Shown here one piece after another: positions 38,378 to 48,309 of a stretch of 64,000 nucleotides of DNA. The translations under genes were made by a program, and so were the position numbers. Positions within the stretch are counted from its first letter, which is position 1; each line of letters opens with the position of its first letter. The stretch is from Gemmatimonadota bacterium (GTDB lineage Bacteria; Gemmatimonadota; Gemmatimonadetes; Palauibacterales; Palauibacteraceae): contig JBHIAV010000004.1 in assembly GCA_046758745.1 (NCBI GenBank), positions 32,001 to 96,000 on the forward strand, written 5' to 3'. The notes beneath the pieces are model-generated. The model saw nothing but the letters and a program-made list of their open reading frames with translations, was not told the origin of the DNA and searched no databases.

Positions 38378-39406
38378 TCACGCGGCCGCGCGGGATGGGA
38401 GACGCTCCGCCACGAACCGCGTCAGGTCCACGCAGCGCGAGGAGTAACCCCACTCGTTGTCGTACCAGGCGATCACCTTGACGAGACGACCGCCGATCAC
38501 GTTGGTGGAAAGCCCGTCCACGATGGAGCTGGCGGGATTCCCGATGTAGTCGGTCGAGACGAGCGGATCCTCCGTGTAGGCCAGAATCCCGGCCAGCGCA
38601 CCTTGTGCCCGTTCTCTGTACGTGGAGTTCAGCTCCTCGATCGTGGTGTCTCGGGAGATGGTGGCCACGAGGTCCACGATCGACACGTCCGGCGTCGGCA
38701 CGCGCATGGCCAGGCCGTCGATCTTCCCCTGAACAGCGGGGATGACGAGACCGGTGGCCCTGGCCGCCCCTGTGGTGGTTGGTATGATCGACATCGCCGC
38801 GGCTCGCGCGCGCCGCAGATCCTTGTGAGGCAGGTCGAGGATCCGCTGGTCGTTCGTGTAGCTGTGGATCGTGGTCATCATGCCCTGCTCGAAGCCGAAG
38901 TCATCGGCCAGAACCTTCACCAGCGGAGCGACGCAGTTCGTGGTGCAGCTCGCGTTCGAGAGTATGTGGTGCGCCTCGGGATCGTAGGCGTCGGAGTTCA
39001 CGCCGAGCACGATGGTCACATCCGGATTCTTGGCGGGAGCGGTGATCAGAACCTTGCGGGCACCGGCCGAGAGGTGCTTGCTGGCATCCGACCTGGCGGT
39101 GAACCGTCCGGTAGACTCGAGGACGATGTCCACCGCAAGCTCGGCCCACGGGAGGCTTGCCGGATCCGTCTCCGAGAGAACCAGAATGCGCTGCCCGTTT
39201 ACCACGAGTGCGTCACGGTCGATCTCCACCTCGCCGGCGTACCTTCCGTGCACGGAATCGTAGCGGAAGAGGTGCGCGAGGGTGGCCGCGTCCGTGATGT
39301 CGTTGACCGCGACGAACTCGAGATCACCCGTGCCTTCCGCGAGGGCGGAACGAAGGATGTTCCGTCCGATTCGCCCGAACCCGTTGATCGCGACTTTCAC
39401 GGACAT
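38378..39406 (-). CDS. gap: Type I glyceraldehyde-3-phosphate dehydrogenase
   Basis: INGFGRIGR, SNASCTTNC, WYDNEWGY. Confidence 0.97.
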   Translation of the reverse strand: MSVKVAINGFGRIGRNILRSALAEGTGDLEFVAVNDITDAATLAHLFRYDSVHGRYAGEVEIDRDALVVNGQRILVLSETDPASLPWAELAVDIVLESTGRFTARSDASKHLSAGARKVLITAPAKNPDVTIVLGVNSDAYDPEAHHILSNASCTTNCVAPLVKVLADDFGFEQGMMTTIHSYTNDQRILDLPHKDLRRARAAAMSIIPTTTGAARATGLVIPAVQGKIDGLAMRVPTPDVSIVDLVATISRDTTIEELNSTYRERAQGALAGILAYTEDPLVSTDYIGNPASSIVDGLSTNVIGGRLVKVIAWYDNEWGYSSRCVDLTRFVAERLPSRAAA

Positions 39407-39432
39407 CTGTCACCTCGACTGCTCTGACGCCG

Positions 39433-40200
39433 CTATCTTTCGTCTTCGATTTCGATGCGCCGGATGGCGCGGGCGAAGCTTATCACGCCGGCGAACTCGA
39501 GACCAGCGGCTGAGATCGCCCGTGCACACGCGGCGGCGGTCGCGCCCGTAGTGATGACGTCGTCCACCAACAGGACCGGTCGTTCCCAGCCCCCGGCCCC
39601 AGGGAGGGCGGCGAAGAGGTCTCTCACGTTGTCGACCCGCCGCGACCGCCCGAGGCGCGCCTGCTGTCGCGCCGGCCGTCGGCGCCGCAGCAGCGCGGCC
39701 GCTGGCCATCCGGTCGCCGCCGACACGCCGGCGGCAAGGAGCTCCGCTTGGTTGAAGCCACGCTCGCGGAGCCGCGAGGGGGCGAGGGGAACGGGCACGA
39801 GAACGGCCTGCGGCTCGCCCCCCAGCCGCCGTGCCGCGTGCGCCATGCATCGGCCCATGAAAGGGGCGAGGGCCGTCCATCCCTCGTACTTGAGGGCGTG
39901 GACAAGGCGGAGAGCGAGCCCATCCATGCGGTACGGCGAAGCGGCCCGGACGAGAGACTCGGACCACGCCGCGCACTCCGTGCAGCCCCGCGCGAACAGG
40001 AGCGCCCCGTAGCGCGTCGCTCCGCAGCGGGCACAGTAGGGGGGACTCAAGGCCGGGAGACGGAGCCGGCACACCGAGCACACGGGAACGGCCCCTCCGT
40101 CCAGCCCGGCACCGCACCCGACGCATACGGGTGGGAAGAGGGTGTCGAAGGCGTGAAGTGCAACTCGACCCAGCCAGCGGACAGCGCTGCTATCCCGCAT
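39433..40200 (-). CDS. ComF family protein (Zn-finger plus PRTase-like domain)
   Basis: CxxC repeats, LKY, RGFNQA, LLVDDVITTGAT. Confidence 0.92.
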   Translation of the reverse strand: MRDSSAVRWLGRVALHAFDTLFPPVCVGCGAGLDGGAVPVCSVCRLRLPALSPPYCARCGATRYGALLFARGCTECAAWSESLVRAASPYRMDGLALRLVHALKYEGWTALAPFMGRCMAHAARRLGGEPQAVLVPVPLAPSRLRERGFNQAELLAAGVSAATGWPAAALLRRRRPARQQARLGRSRRVDNVRDLFAALPGAGGWERPVLLVDDVITTGATAAACARAISAAGLEFAGVISFARAIRRIEIEDER

Positions 40201-40285
40201 CAGACGGGGTCGGCCGGGCATCACTGCGGCTCGGATGCTCACCATCCCGAAGCTCCGGGCCGGGCATGGCCGGGGCACGCCGCCC

Positions 40286-41179
40286 TCACCGGGAATCCAC
40301 TCCTCTGGGAGAACGGAGCGCCTGCTCCGTCGCCTCCCGCATGGCCGGGAGGGGAGCTTCGATCCCGAGCCAGCGTTCGATGGCGAGCGCTGCCTGATGC
40401 ACGAGCATTCCCCGGCCATCTTGCGCGGGGATCCCGAGCTCCCGGGCATGGTGCACCCAGCGCGTTCCGCCGGGCCGGTAGACGAGATCGAAGGCGGCTC
40501 CAGCCCTCACGCCGCCGAGATCGAGCGGAAGGGGGTCCTCCGACGACAGGCCGAGGCTCGTGGCGTTCACGACCAGTTCATACGTGACGTCCTCCAGCTG
40601 TTCGCGGGCAATCGGTCGAAGCAGCAACACCCGCGAGCCGAACTGCTCCACCAGCCTCCGAGCGCGGTCGGGTGAGCGATTCCACACGTCGATCCTCGCC
40701 GCACCGGCGCGCTCGCAGCCGATCAGCACGGCCCGAGCGGCTCCCCCCGCACCCAGCAGCAACACCCGGCCGCCGGCGAGGTCGCATCGCGGAGCTTCCG
40801 AGAGCGCGGCCAGAAAGCCCCCGACGTCCGTGTTGTCTCCGGCGAGCCGGCCCCGCGCATCCAGCCAGAAGCAGTTGCAGGCCCCGGAAGCCGAGACGTC
40901 CTCGCTCCGCCACTCCAGCAGCGTGGCGGCCGCTGCTTTGTGAGGCAGCGTCACGTTGCCCCCCCCACTCGCCGCCAGGCTGCGCATCGCGCCCGGCAGC
41001 TCCTCCTCCGCCACCCGGAGCGTCACGTACTCCGCCTGGACGCCGAGGACACGGAACGCCGCCGCGTAGATCGCGGGCGAGATGGAGTGGGAGACGGGAT
41101 CTCCGAGAAGACCGTACCGACGCCTTGGCCCCGCCACGCTGGCGAACTCCCCTCCCCCCTCGCGCTCAGCCGCGCTCAT
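40286..41179 (-). CDS. aroE: Shikimate dehydrogenase
   Basis: HSISP, NVTLPHK, NTDVGG, GAGGAARA, NATSLG, DLVY, MLVHQA. Confidence 0.94.
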   Translation of the reverse strand: MSAAEREGGGEFASVAGPRRRYGLLGDPVSHSISPAIYAAAFRVLGVQAEYVTLRVAEEELPGAMRSLAASGGGNVTLPHKAAAATLLEWRSEDVSASGACNCFWLDARGRLAGDNTDVGGFLAALSEAPRCDLAGGRVLLLGAGGAARAVLIGCERAGAARIDVWNRSPDRARRLVEQFGSRVLLLRPIAREQLEDVTYELVVNATSLGLSSEDPLPLDLGGVRAGAAFDLVYRPGGTRWVHHARELGIPAQDGRGMLVHQAALAIERWLGIEAPLPAMREATEQALRSPRGVDSR

Positions 41180-41219
41180 CGCCTCCCCCTTCCCCTCCCG
41201 CCTCAGACGACCCTCGGGC

Positions 41220-41738
41220 TCAGCCCCCCTCAGATCGCCCTCCCTCCCGCGCGCGGGGGAGACCGCCGGCCCCCAGCCGGTCGAACAGGCCCTGCACACA
41301 CTCGGTGAGGAGGTCGAAGGTCCGCTCGTAGACCGCGCGTTCGCCGCCGATCGGGTCCGGCACGGGTCGTCCGCGCTCGGGATGGTCCGGAGCGAGGTAG
41401 TCCGTCGCCAGCGCGGCGGCCGCACCGGAGTCGAGCGAGAGCGCGGCCTGCAGGTGGCCAGGGGACATGCCGACAACCAGATCGGCCCACCCCACCCCCG
41501 CTGCGGTCAACGGCCGGGAGCGGTGTTCAGCAACATCGACGCCACGCTCCTGCGCCACCAGCTCGGCGGTTCTCGACGCCGCGTAGCCGGCTCCGGCGAG
41601 CGTTCCGGCTGACCGTACCTCGAGATGGTGCCAGCCACGCCTTTTCGCCTCCGTGAGGGCGATCCACTCTGCCAGCGGGCTGCGGCAGGTGTTGCCGGTG
41701 CACACGAAGAGGATGCGCACCGGCCGGCCTCCGCTCAC
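41220..41738 (-). CDS. Low-molecular-weight protein phosphatase (YwlE-like)
   Basis: CTGNTCRSP P-loop, SAG, VPDPIGG. Confidence 0.9.
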   Translation of the reverse strand: MSGGRPVRILFVCTGNTCRSPLAEWIALTEAKRRGWHHLEVRSAGTLAGAGYAASRTAELVAQERGVDVAEHRSRPLTAAGVGWADLVVGMSPGHLQAALSLDSGAAAALATDYLAPDHPERGRPVPDPIGGERAVYERTFDLLTECVQGLFDRLGAGGLPRAREGGRSEGG

Positions 41739-42379
41739 CCTACGATCCCCTCCCCCAGAACTTCCTGGAGCCGCCCCGAAGGCACCGCCCCCTCACGCAG
41801 CAGCCGCGGCGCACCCCCCCGGAGGGAAACCACCGTAGAGGGCGGAGGACCGGGAAGGCCCCCCGCGTCGAGCAGGAGCGCACCCCTCCTCGATGTCGGG
41901 AAGGCCGCCAAGATCCGGCGTGCCTCTTCCGGGTCACGCGCGGGCGGCTCCGCTGTCCGGTTCAGGCTCGTCGAGCTCATCAACCTTCCCCACTCCGCGA
42001 GGATCCCTCGCATCAGCGGATGGGCTTCCACGCGCACCGCGAATCCGGACTCGCTCCCGTCATCGAGGACCAGGGTGAGCGGTCCCGGCCACAACGCTTC
42101 GGCCAACCGGGCCGCCGCCTCATCCCATCGGGCGGCCGGCCACAGGCGGCGGGCTGCCGCTTCATCCGCCGCGAGCCGAAGGAGCGGCCGCCCGATCGTG
42201 CGTCCCTTGAGCCGGGCGATCTCCGCATCGGTCTCCGCGTCCGCCGGACCTCCGAGGCCATACACCGTCGCCGTGGGGTGGGCCAGCAGCCCTCCCCGCC
42301 GAAGCATCTCCACGGCGGCGCGCACGGCCGTCCCGCGCTTCGTCCGGACGCCCGATCCCCTCACCTCCTCGAACCTCAT
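41735..42379 (-). CDS. tsaC: L-threonylcarbamoyladenylate synthase (TsaC/YrdC family)
   Basis: PTATVYGL, KGR, WPGPLTLVL, STSLN, PSTVV, LREG. Confidence 0.85.
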   Translation of the reverse strand: MRFEEVRGSGVRTKRGTAVRAAVEMLRRGGLLAHPTATVYGLGGPADAETDAEIARLKGRTIGRPLLRLAADEAAARRLWPAARWDEAAARLAEALWPGPLTLVLDDGSESGFAVRVEAHPLMRGILAEWGRLMSSTSLNRTAEPPARDPEEARRILAAFPTSRRGALLLDAGGLPGPPPSTVVSLRGGAPRLLREGAVPSGRLQEVLGEGIVG

Positions 42380-43059
42380 CAACCCCGCGTCAGCCGGCCG
42401 GCGCGAAGGAGCCACTCCGCAAACGCCAGGTCTTCCGGAGTGGTGATCTTGAGGTTGTGGGGGTCACCTCCCACCGCGCATACGGGCTCGCCGCGCGCCT
42501 CGCACAGGGCCGCGTCGTCCGGGGCATCTTCATTCTCCCGCTCTGCCTCTCGGTGGACCCGCCGCAGCAGACCGGCGGGGAATCCCTGCGGAGTCTGAGC
42601 CCGCGCGAGCCCATCGCGCGCCAGGGTGCGGATCACCCGGCCGCCCCCTACCTCCTTCAGCGCGTCCGCCACGGGGATCACCGGCACGACCGCTCCATGG
42701 GCCGCCGCTTCCCACACCCGCTCGATGAGCGCCGACGAGACGAACGGCCGGACCCCATCGTGCACGAGGATCCGCTCGACTCCTCGATCGACCGCCGCGA
42801 TGCCGCGGCCCACCGACTCGCGGCGGCTCTCCCCACCCTCGACCACGTGGTCGGCCAGCTCTCCCAGCCATTCCGGGGGCTCCGCCGCCACGTGTGCAGC
42901 CACCACGACGATGACCTGCTGGATCCGGGGATGCTTGCGAAACGCCGCGCACGCCCAGTCCAGCACCGGACGCCCACCCAGCTCCCGAAACTGCTTCGGG
43001 AGGCCCTCCCCGAACCGTGTCCCCGACCCGGCCGCCACGATGACCGCGGCGGAGCTCAT
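42379..43059 (-). CDS. ispD: 2-C-methyl-D-erythritol 4-phosphate cytidylyltransferase
   Basis: AAGSGTRF..PKQF, VHDGVRP, AQTPQGF, NLKITTPED. Confidence 0.95.
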   Translation of the reverse strand: MSSAAVIVAAGSGTRFGEGLPKQFRELGGRPVLDWACAAFRKHPRIQQVIVVVAAHVAAEPPEWLGELADHVVEGGESRRESVGRGIAAVDRGVERILVHDGVRPFVSSALIERVWEAAAHGAVVPVIPVADALKEVGGGRVIRTLARDGLARAQTPQGFPAGLLRRVHREAERENEDAPDDAALCEARGEPVCAVGGDPHNLKITTPEDLAFAEWLLRAGRLTRG

Positions 43060-44426
43060 CCTTCCTCGAGCAGGTCCAGCACCTCACGGACGTGAGCGAT
43101 GAAATGGGCCCCGGCCTCCGACCGGAGCGCTTCCCGCGAAGCGACGGGCAGAACTGCGCCCTCCAGTCCAGCACGGAGGGCCGTCCGGAAGCGCTCCTCT
43201 CCGTTGGCCACGGCCTTCACCTCCCCACCGAGCCCGACCTCTCCAATGAAGGCGAGGCCGGGGGGAGTGGGACGGTCCAGCTCCGCAGACACCAGGGCGG
43301 CCGCCACCGCGAGGTCCGCGGCGGGGTCGACCAGGCGGAGCCCGCCTACCACGTTGAGGAAGACGTCGCGCCCTCCGAGGTCGAGCCGCGCCCGACGTTC
43401 GAGCACTGCGAGGAGAACCGCGAGTCGCCTCGGGGCGAAGCCAGTCGCCACCCGCTGGGGGGCGCTGAACCGGGCCCGGGAGGTGAGCGCCTGCACCTCG
43501 GCCACCAGAGGCCGCGTTCCCTGTAGCGGCACCGCGATGGCGGAGCCGCTCACCTCCGGCGAGCGGTCGGTGAGAAAGAGGCCGGAGGGGTCGAGCACGG
43601 GCTCGAGGCCCGTCCCGGTCATCCGGAAGACGGCCACCTCCTCTACGCTTCCAAACCGGTTCTTCGTGGCTCGCAGCACCCGGCATTCGAGCGAGCGCTG
43701 GCCCTCGAAATGAAGGACGACGTCGACCAGGTGCTCGAGGGCGCGAGGTCCTGCGAGCGCTCCTCCCTTGGTGACGTGACCGACGAGGAACGTAGCCGTA
43801 CCCGATCGCTTTGCGTACTCTTGGAGCCCCGCCGCGCACTCGCGCACCTGAGCCACGCTGCCGGGGCCGGAGGGGAGTCGGCCCGAGACCAGTGTCTGGA
43901 CCGAGTCGACGCAGAGCAACTCGGGTCCGACCTCCTCCGCCGCCGCCACGATCTCCTCCACTCCGGTCGCAGCGAGGAAGGTGACCTCGACCGCGGCTCC
44001 GCCGAGTCGGCTCGCGCGCACGGCCACCTGTCCCCGAGACTCCTCACCGGAGACATACAGGACCGAGCCTCCACGCTCCCGCACCCCGGCCGCCGCGTGC
44101 AGGAGGAGGGTCGACTTTCCGATCCCGGGCATCCCGCCGAGGAGGAGGACCGACCCGGGCACCAGACCTCCGCCCAGCACGCGGTCGAGCTCCCCATAGC
44201 CGACGGGCCGCCGGGCCGCGGCAGAGGCGGAGGAGAGAGGGGCCGGCGCGTCCAACGGACGCACCGGCCCACGTGCGTCCGCCGCCGGCCCCCGGCCCCG
44301 GTGTCCCTCGACACGGGGGGTCTCGACGAGGGAGTTCCACTCCCCGCACGTCGGGCACCGACCCTCCCAGCGGAGGCTCTCCCCGCCGCAGGTCGTACAG
44401 AAGAAAACTGTTCGGGCTACCGCCAT
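43056..44426 (-). CDS. radA: DNA repair protein RadA/Sms
   Basis: C4 Zn finger, PGIGKST, KNRFG, EVQAL, GEVGLGGE. Confidence 0.96.
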   Translation of the reverse strand: MAVARTVFFCTTCGGESLRWEGRCPTCGEWNSLVETPRVEGHRGRGPAADARGPVRPLDAPAPLSSASAAARRPVGYGELDRVLGGGLVPGSVLLLGGMPGIGKSTLLLHAAAGVRERGGSVLYVSGEESRGQVAVRASRLGGAAVEVTFLAATGVEEIVAAAEEVGPELLCVDSVQTLVSGRLPSGPGSVAQVRECAAGLQEYAKRSGTATFLVGHVTKGGALAGPRALEHLVDVVLHFEGQRSLECRVLRATKNRFGSVEEVAVFRMTGTGLEPVLDPSGLFLTDRSPEVSGSAIAVPLQGTRPLVAEVQALTSRARFSAPQRVATGFAPRRLAVLLAVLERRARLDLGGRDVFLNVVGGLRLVDPAADLAVAAALVSAELDRPTPPGLAFIGEVGLGGEVKAVANGEERFRTALRAGLEGAVLPVASREALRSEAGAHFIAHVREVLDLLEEG

Positions 44427-44484
44427 ATCCGCGCGTTCCGGGCGGGGCGCCCAACGCCCCGACGTACTCTATGACCCTTCGGCT

Positions 44485-45924
44485 TCAACCCGGGATCAAC
44501 CCGGCGCCGCGGCCGGCTCGCCCGGCGCCGACCAGCGGCCCGGGCTGTGGGCGGTCGTCCTGCTCGAAGAGGGTGTACTGCTTGTGGAAGTACAGGGGAA
44601 CGGAGCCGGTGGGGCCGTTTCGCTGCTTGCCTACGATGAGCTCCGCGCGGCCTTCGATGGACTCTCCCATTTCGTCGACGGTCTCCTTCCGGTACACCTC
44701 CTCCCGGTAGACGAACAGCACGAGGTCCGCGTCCTGCTCGATCGCCCCCGACTCGCGCAGGTCGGCGAGGACCGGACGGTGGTCGGTTCGCTGCTCCGGA
44801 GCACGCGAAAGTTGTGAGAGGGCGATGAGCGGCACTCCGAGCTCCTTGGCCACGGCCTTCAGCGCCCGAGATATGGCGCTGATCTCCTGCTGGCGGTTCT
44901 CCGCCTCGCGCGGGCCGATCATCAGCTGCAGGTAGTCGACGACGATCAGCCCCAGCTCTACCTCGGCGGCCAGGCGTCTCGCCTTTGCCCGCACCTCGAG
45001 TGCCGATATGGCGGGCGTGTCATCGATCCAGATCGGAGCCGTGTTCAGATGCCCCGCCGCCGTCGCCAGGCGGGCGTATTCGTCGTCCTGGAGCCTTCCC
45101 CTTCGAAGGTGGCCGGAGTCGACCCGCCCCTCGGCACACAGCAGCCGCTGCACGAGCGACTCCTTGGCCATCTCGAGCGAGAAGATGGCCACGGGGATCT
45201 CGTGCTCGATCGCCGCGTGCTGCGCGAAGTTCAGGGCCAGCGCCGTCTTCCCCATCGAGGGGCGACCCGCCACGACGATGAGGTCCGACGACTGGAACCC
45301 CGCCGTCAGCTCGTCCAGTCGGGGGAAGCCGGTCGGAACCCCCGTCACCGCGCCCGGGGTCCGCTGCAGCTCTTCGATCCGTTCGAAGGCCGGCCATAGG
45401 ATCTCCTTGATCCATACGAAGCCAGCCCGCTGCGACGCTTGCGCGATCTGGAAGATCCGCTGCTCCGCCCGGTCGAGGGCCTCCTCCACCTCGCCGGCCG
45501 GAGCCTGGTAGGCATCCTGGATGATGTCGGTCGCGGACTCGATCAGGCGCCGAAGAAGGGCCTTGTCCCGCAGGATCCGGCAGTGGTACTCGACGTTCGC
45601 GCCGGTCGGCACCGCGTCAACGAGCTGCGCGAGGTATGACATCCCGCCCGCGCTCTCCAGCTCCCCGGCCGACTTCAGGTCGTCCGACAGGGTGACCGCG
45701 TCGATGACCTCTCCACGGGAGTACAGCCGCATCATCGCTTGGAAGACCCGTCGGTTGGCCGGCCGATAGAACGCGGTCTCGTCCACGACCTCCACCGCGC
45801 GGGCCACCGCATCGCCATCGATCAACATGGCGGAGAGAACGGAGATCTCGGCCTCCTCCGACCACGGGGCCTGGCGACCGGCGAACGGCTCACTCCCGCG
45901 GACGGCCACCGTAGCGTCGGCCAT
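44485..45924 (-). CDS. dnaB: Replicative DNA helicase
   Basis: GRPSMGKT, FSLEM, DYLQLM, LSQLSR, DLRESGAIEQDAD, KQRNGPTG. Confidence 0.97.
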   Translation of the reverse strand: MADATVAVRGSEPFAGRQAPWSEEAEISVLSAMLIDGDAVARAVEVVDETAFYRPANRRVFQAMMRLYSRGEVIDAVTLSDDLKSAGELESAGGMSYLAQLVDAVPTGANVEYHCRILRDKALLRRLIESATDIIQDAYQAPAGEVEEALDRAEQRIFQIAQASQRAGFVWIKEILWPAFERIEELQRTPGAVTGVPTGFPRLDELTAGFQSSDLIVVAGRPSMGKTALALNFAQHAAIEHEIPVAIFSLEMAKESLVQRLLCAEGRVDSGHLRRGRLQDDEYARLATAAGHLNTAPIWIDDTPAISALEVRAKARRLAAEVELGLIVVDYLQLMIGPREAENRQQEISAISRALKAVAKELGVPLIALSQLSRAPEQRTDHRPVLADLRESGAIEQDADLVLFVYREEVYRKETVDEMGESIEGRAELIVGKQRNGPTGSVPLYFHKQYTLFEQDDRPQPGPLVGAGRAGRGAGLIPG

Positions 45925-46898
45925 CAGAGGCCGAGGCCGAGCTCTAGCGCCCGGCCCGAGGCGGGGGAGACGCTCTCCCCATCCGCGATGCGGCGCACCA
46001 GCTGAAGGTCCTCCCACGTCGGACGAGTCCATCCCGGGTTCCGCAGCAGGGCGGCCGGATGGTACGTGACGACAAGCGGCACTCCCCGGTAGACGTGGGT
46101 TCGTCCGCGAAGGCGGCCGATCGACTCCCGCGTGCCGATCAACGTCTGAGCGGCGAAGCTCCCGAAGGCCACGATCACCTCCGGACGCACCAGCTCCACC
46201 TGCCGCAGAAGGAAGGGCGAGCAGCGCTCGATCTCGTCGGCGCTCGGGTTGCGGTTGGCCGGCGGGCGACACTTCAGCACGTTGCAGATGTACACTTCCT
46301 CGCGACGGAAACCTACCGCGAGAAGCAGCCTGTCCATGAGCTTGCCGGCGCGGCCCACGAACGGCAGCCCTGTCTCGTCCTCCACGGCGCCCGGCGCCTC
46401 GCCGATGCACATCACGCGCGCTCCCTCGCTCCCGTCCGCGAAGACGACATGCGCCCGCATCTCGTGCAGGGCGCAGCGAGTGCAGCGTAGAGCCACGGCG
46501 CGCACCGTCGCGAGGTCGCCGAGGGCGGCGATCTCATCTCCTCTCGCCTCGCGGGCCAGCCGAGCAAGCTGGGCCTCACCGATGGAGATCGGCACCTCCG
46601 GCTCGCTCTTCGGCGTCCGCTTTCCTCGAGCCGCCGAGGCTCGACCCTCCGTACTCCTCGGCGTCCGGGTCGAGGACGGCTCCTCCGGGCCGCCCTCCAC
46701 CGCCGTCGCCCTCGCCCTCACCCCTTCGTCCCCGAGCGGGCCGGCCTCGCCTCTCGGTCCGGGGAAGCCGCCGGCAGCGATTTCGCGCAGCCGGCCTACA
46801 GCCTCCGCCCGACCTCCCGGGACGAGAAAGAGCTCCGGATCGCCGAGCGAAATCCGCGTCAGCAGATAGCGGCGAACGAGCTCGCGTGGATCAGCCAC
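45924..46898 (-). CDS. Family 4 uracil-DNA glycosylase with N-terminal extension
   Basis: CTRC, GEAPG, PFVGRAG, KCRPP.NR, TYHPAALLR. Confidence 0.93.
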   Translation of the reverse strand: MADPRELVRRYLLTRISLGDPELFLVPGGRAEAVGRLREIAAGGFPGPRGEAGPLGDEGVRARATAVEGGPEEPSSTRTPRSTEGRASAARGKRTPKSEPEVPISIGEAQLARLAREARGDEIAALGDLATVRAVALRCTRCALHEMRAHVVFADGSEGARVMCIGEAPGAVEDETGLPFVGRAGKLMDRLLLAVGFRREEVYICNVLKCRPPANRNPSADEIERCSPFLLRQVELVRPEVIVAFGSFAAQTLIGTRESIGRLRGRTHVYRGVPLVVTYHPAALLRNPGWTRPTWEDLQLVRRIADGESVSPASGRALELGLGL

Positions 46899-48090
46899 CG
46901 ATCCGCTCTTCCACCCTGTCGAGCAGGCGATCGGCCACCTCGGACTTGGGGAGCAGAGGGAACTCCTCGATCTCCCCGGACCGGCCGACCAGGGTCACCC
47001 GGTTCGTGGGCGAGTCGAATGCCGATTCCTCGCCTTCCGCCTGGTTCACGGCGACGAGATCCATCCCCTTCGATTCCAGCTTCCGGCGGGCGTTGGCCAC
47101 CGCGTCCTCCGTCTCGAGGGCGAAGCCGAGCGTGAAGACGCCTCGTCGCTCCCGCAGCTCTCGCGTCTCGGTCAGCAGGTCCGGTCCCCTCACCAGATGC
47201 AGCTCCATCCGACCCGTCCCTTCCTTCTTGATCTTGCTCGGTCGGTGCTCCGCGGGACCGAAATCCGCCACGGCGGCCGCCATCAGAAGCACCGACGCGG
47301 CTTCCAGCTCGCGCCGGAGGGCCACGAGCATGGCTTCGCTCTCCTCCACCGGCACGACCCGCGGCCCGTAGGGCGTCGGAACGGAGCCCGGCCCGGTGAT
47401 GAGAACGGTGTCGGCGCCGCGGCGCCACGCCGAGGCCGCCAGCTCATAGCCCATCCGACCCGACGAGCGATTCCCGAGAAAGCGGACGGGATCGATCTCG
47501 GCCCTCGTCGGACCCGCCGTCACCACGACCGTCCTCCCGGCCAGCCGCGAGGGACGCTCGAGAAGGCGCCCGATCTCCGCCAAGATCGCTTCCGGCTCGA
47601 TCATCCGCCCTTCGCCGATCTCGCCTTCGGCCAGCTCCCCCTCCTCGGGGCCCGCGAAGTGAACCCCGTACTCCCCGAGGGTCCTTCGATTGGCCTGCGT
47701 CGCGGGGTGCTCCCACATCCGCACGTTCATCGCCGGGCAGACCAGGAGCGGGCACGCTGTCGCGAGGAGTGTAGCGGTGGCCATGTCATCCGCTAGCCCG
47801 TGCGCCATCCGCGCCAGGATGTCCGCCGTAGCCGGCGCGACGACGGCGAGGTCCGCCTCCCGGCCGAGCTCTATGTGCGCCAGGGAACGTTCCCACAGAT
47901 TCAGATGAACCGGCCGACCCGAGAGCGCTTCGAAGGTCGCCGCTCCCACGAAGCGTTTGCCGGATCGCGTCAACACGACATCAACCTGGGCACCGGCCCG
48001 ACGAAGCCCGCGCACCAGAATCGCGCTCTTGTACGCCGCGATGCCGCCGGAGACGACCAGCAGCACCCGGCGGCCGTCGAACGGCCGCAC
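46891..48090 (-). CDS. coaBC: Bifunctional phosphopantothenoylcysteine decarboxylase/ligase
   Basis: GGIAAYK, PAMN..MW, TAGPT, DPVRFLGNRSSGRMG, AAVADF, GFALET. Confidence 0.96.
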   Translation of the reverse strand: MRPFDGRRVLLVVSGGIAAYKSAILVRGLRRAGAQVDVVLTRSGKRFVGAATFEALSGRPVHLNLWERSLAHIELGREADLAVVAPATADILARMAHGLADDMATATLLATACPLLVCPAMNVRMWEHPATQANRRTLGEYGVHFAGPEEGELAEGEIGEGRMIEPEAILAEIGRLLERPSRLAGRTVVVTAGPTRAEIDPVRFLGNRSSGRMGYELAASAWRRGADTVLITGPGSVPTPYGPRVVPVEESEAMLVALRRELEAASVLLMAAAVADFGPAEHRPSKIKKEGTGRMELHLVRGPDLLTETRELRERRGVFTLGFALETEDAVANARRKLESKGMDLVAVNQAEGEESAFDSPTNRVTLVGRSGEIEEFPLLPKSEVADRLLDRVEERIGG

Positions 48091-48309
48091 TCAGCCGGTC
48101 ATGGAGCGGCGCTTCTTCACCAGGCGGTACTCGAGCTTGCTCGACGTGAGCGCGCTCAGGGCGATCGTCGTCAGCTTCTCGGGCCCATACGGCGACCGCT
48201 CGAGCGGAAGCGCGTTCAGTTCTCGGGCGTACTTCGCGGAGACCAGCACGCCCAGGTACTTGTCGCCCGCCGTGACCGCCACCTCCTCCGGCGTGAACAG
48301 TTTCATCAC
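48091..48309 (-). CDS. rpoZ: RNA polymerase omega subunit
   Basis: KYLGVLVSAKYARELN..K.TTIAL; between gmk and coaBC. Confidence 0.85.
   Translation of the reverse strand: MMKLFTPEEVAVTAGDKYLGVLVSAKYARELNALPLERSPYGPEKLTTIALSALTSSKLEYRLVKKRRSMTG

Noticed and set aside
46500..46898. N-terminal extension of the family 4 uracil-DNA glycosylase as a separate domain
   Set aside because: Mostly a low-complexity Pro/Gly/Arg linker; such extensions are common in this family.
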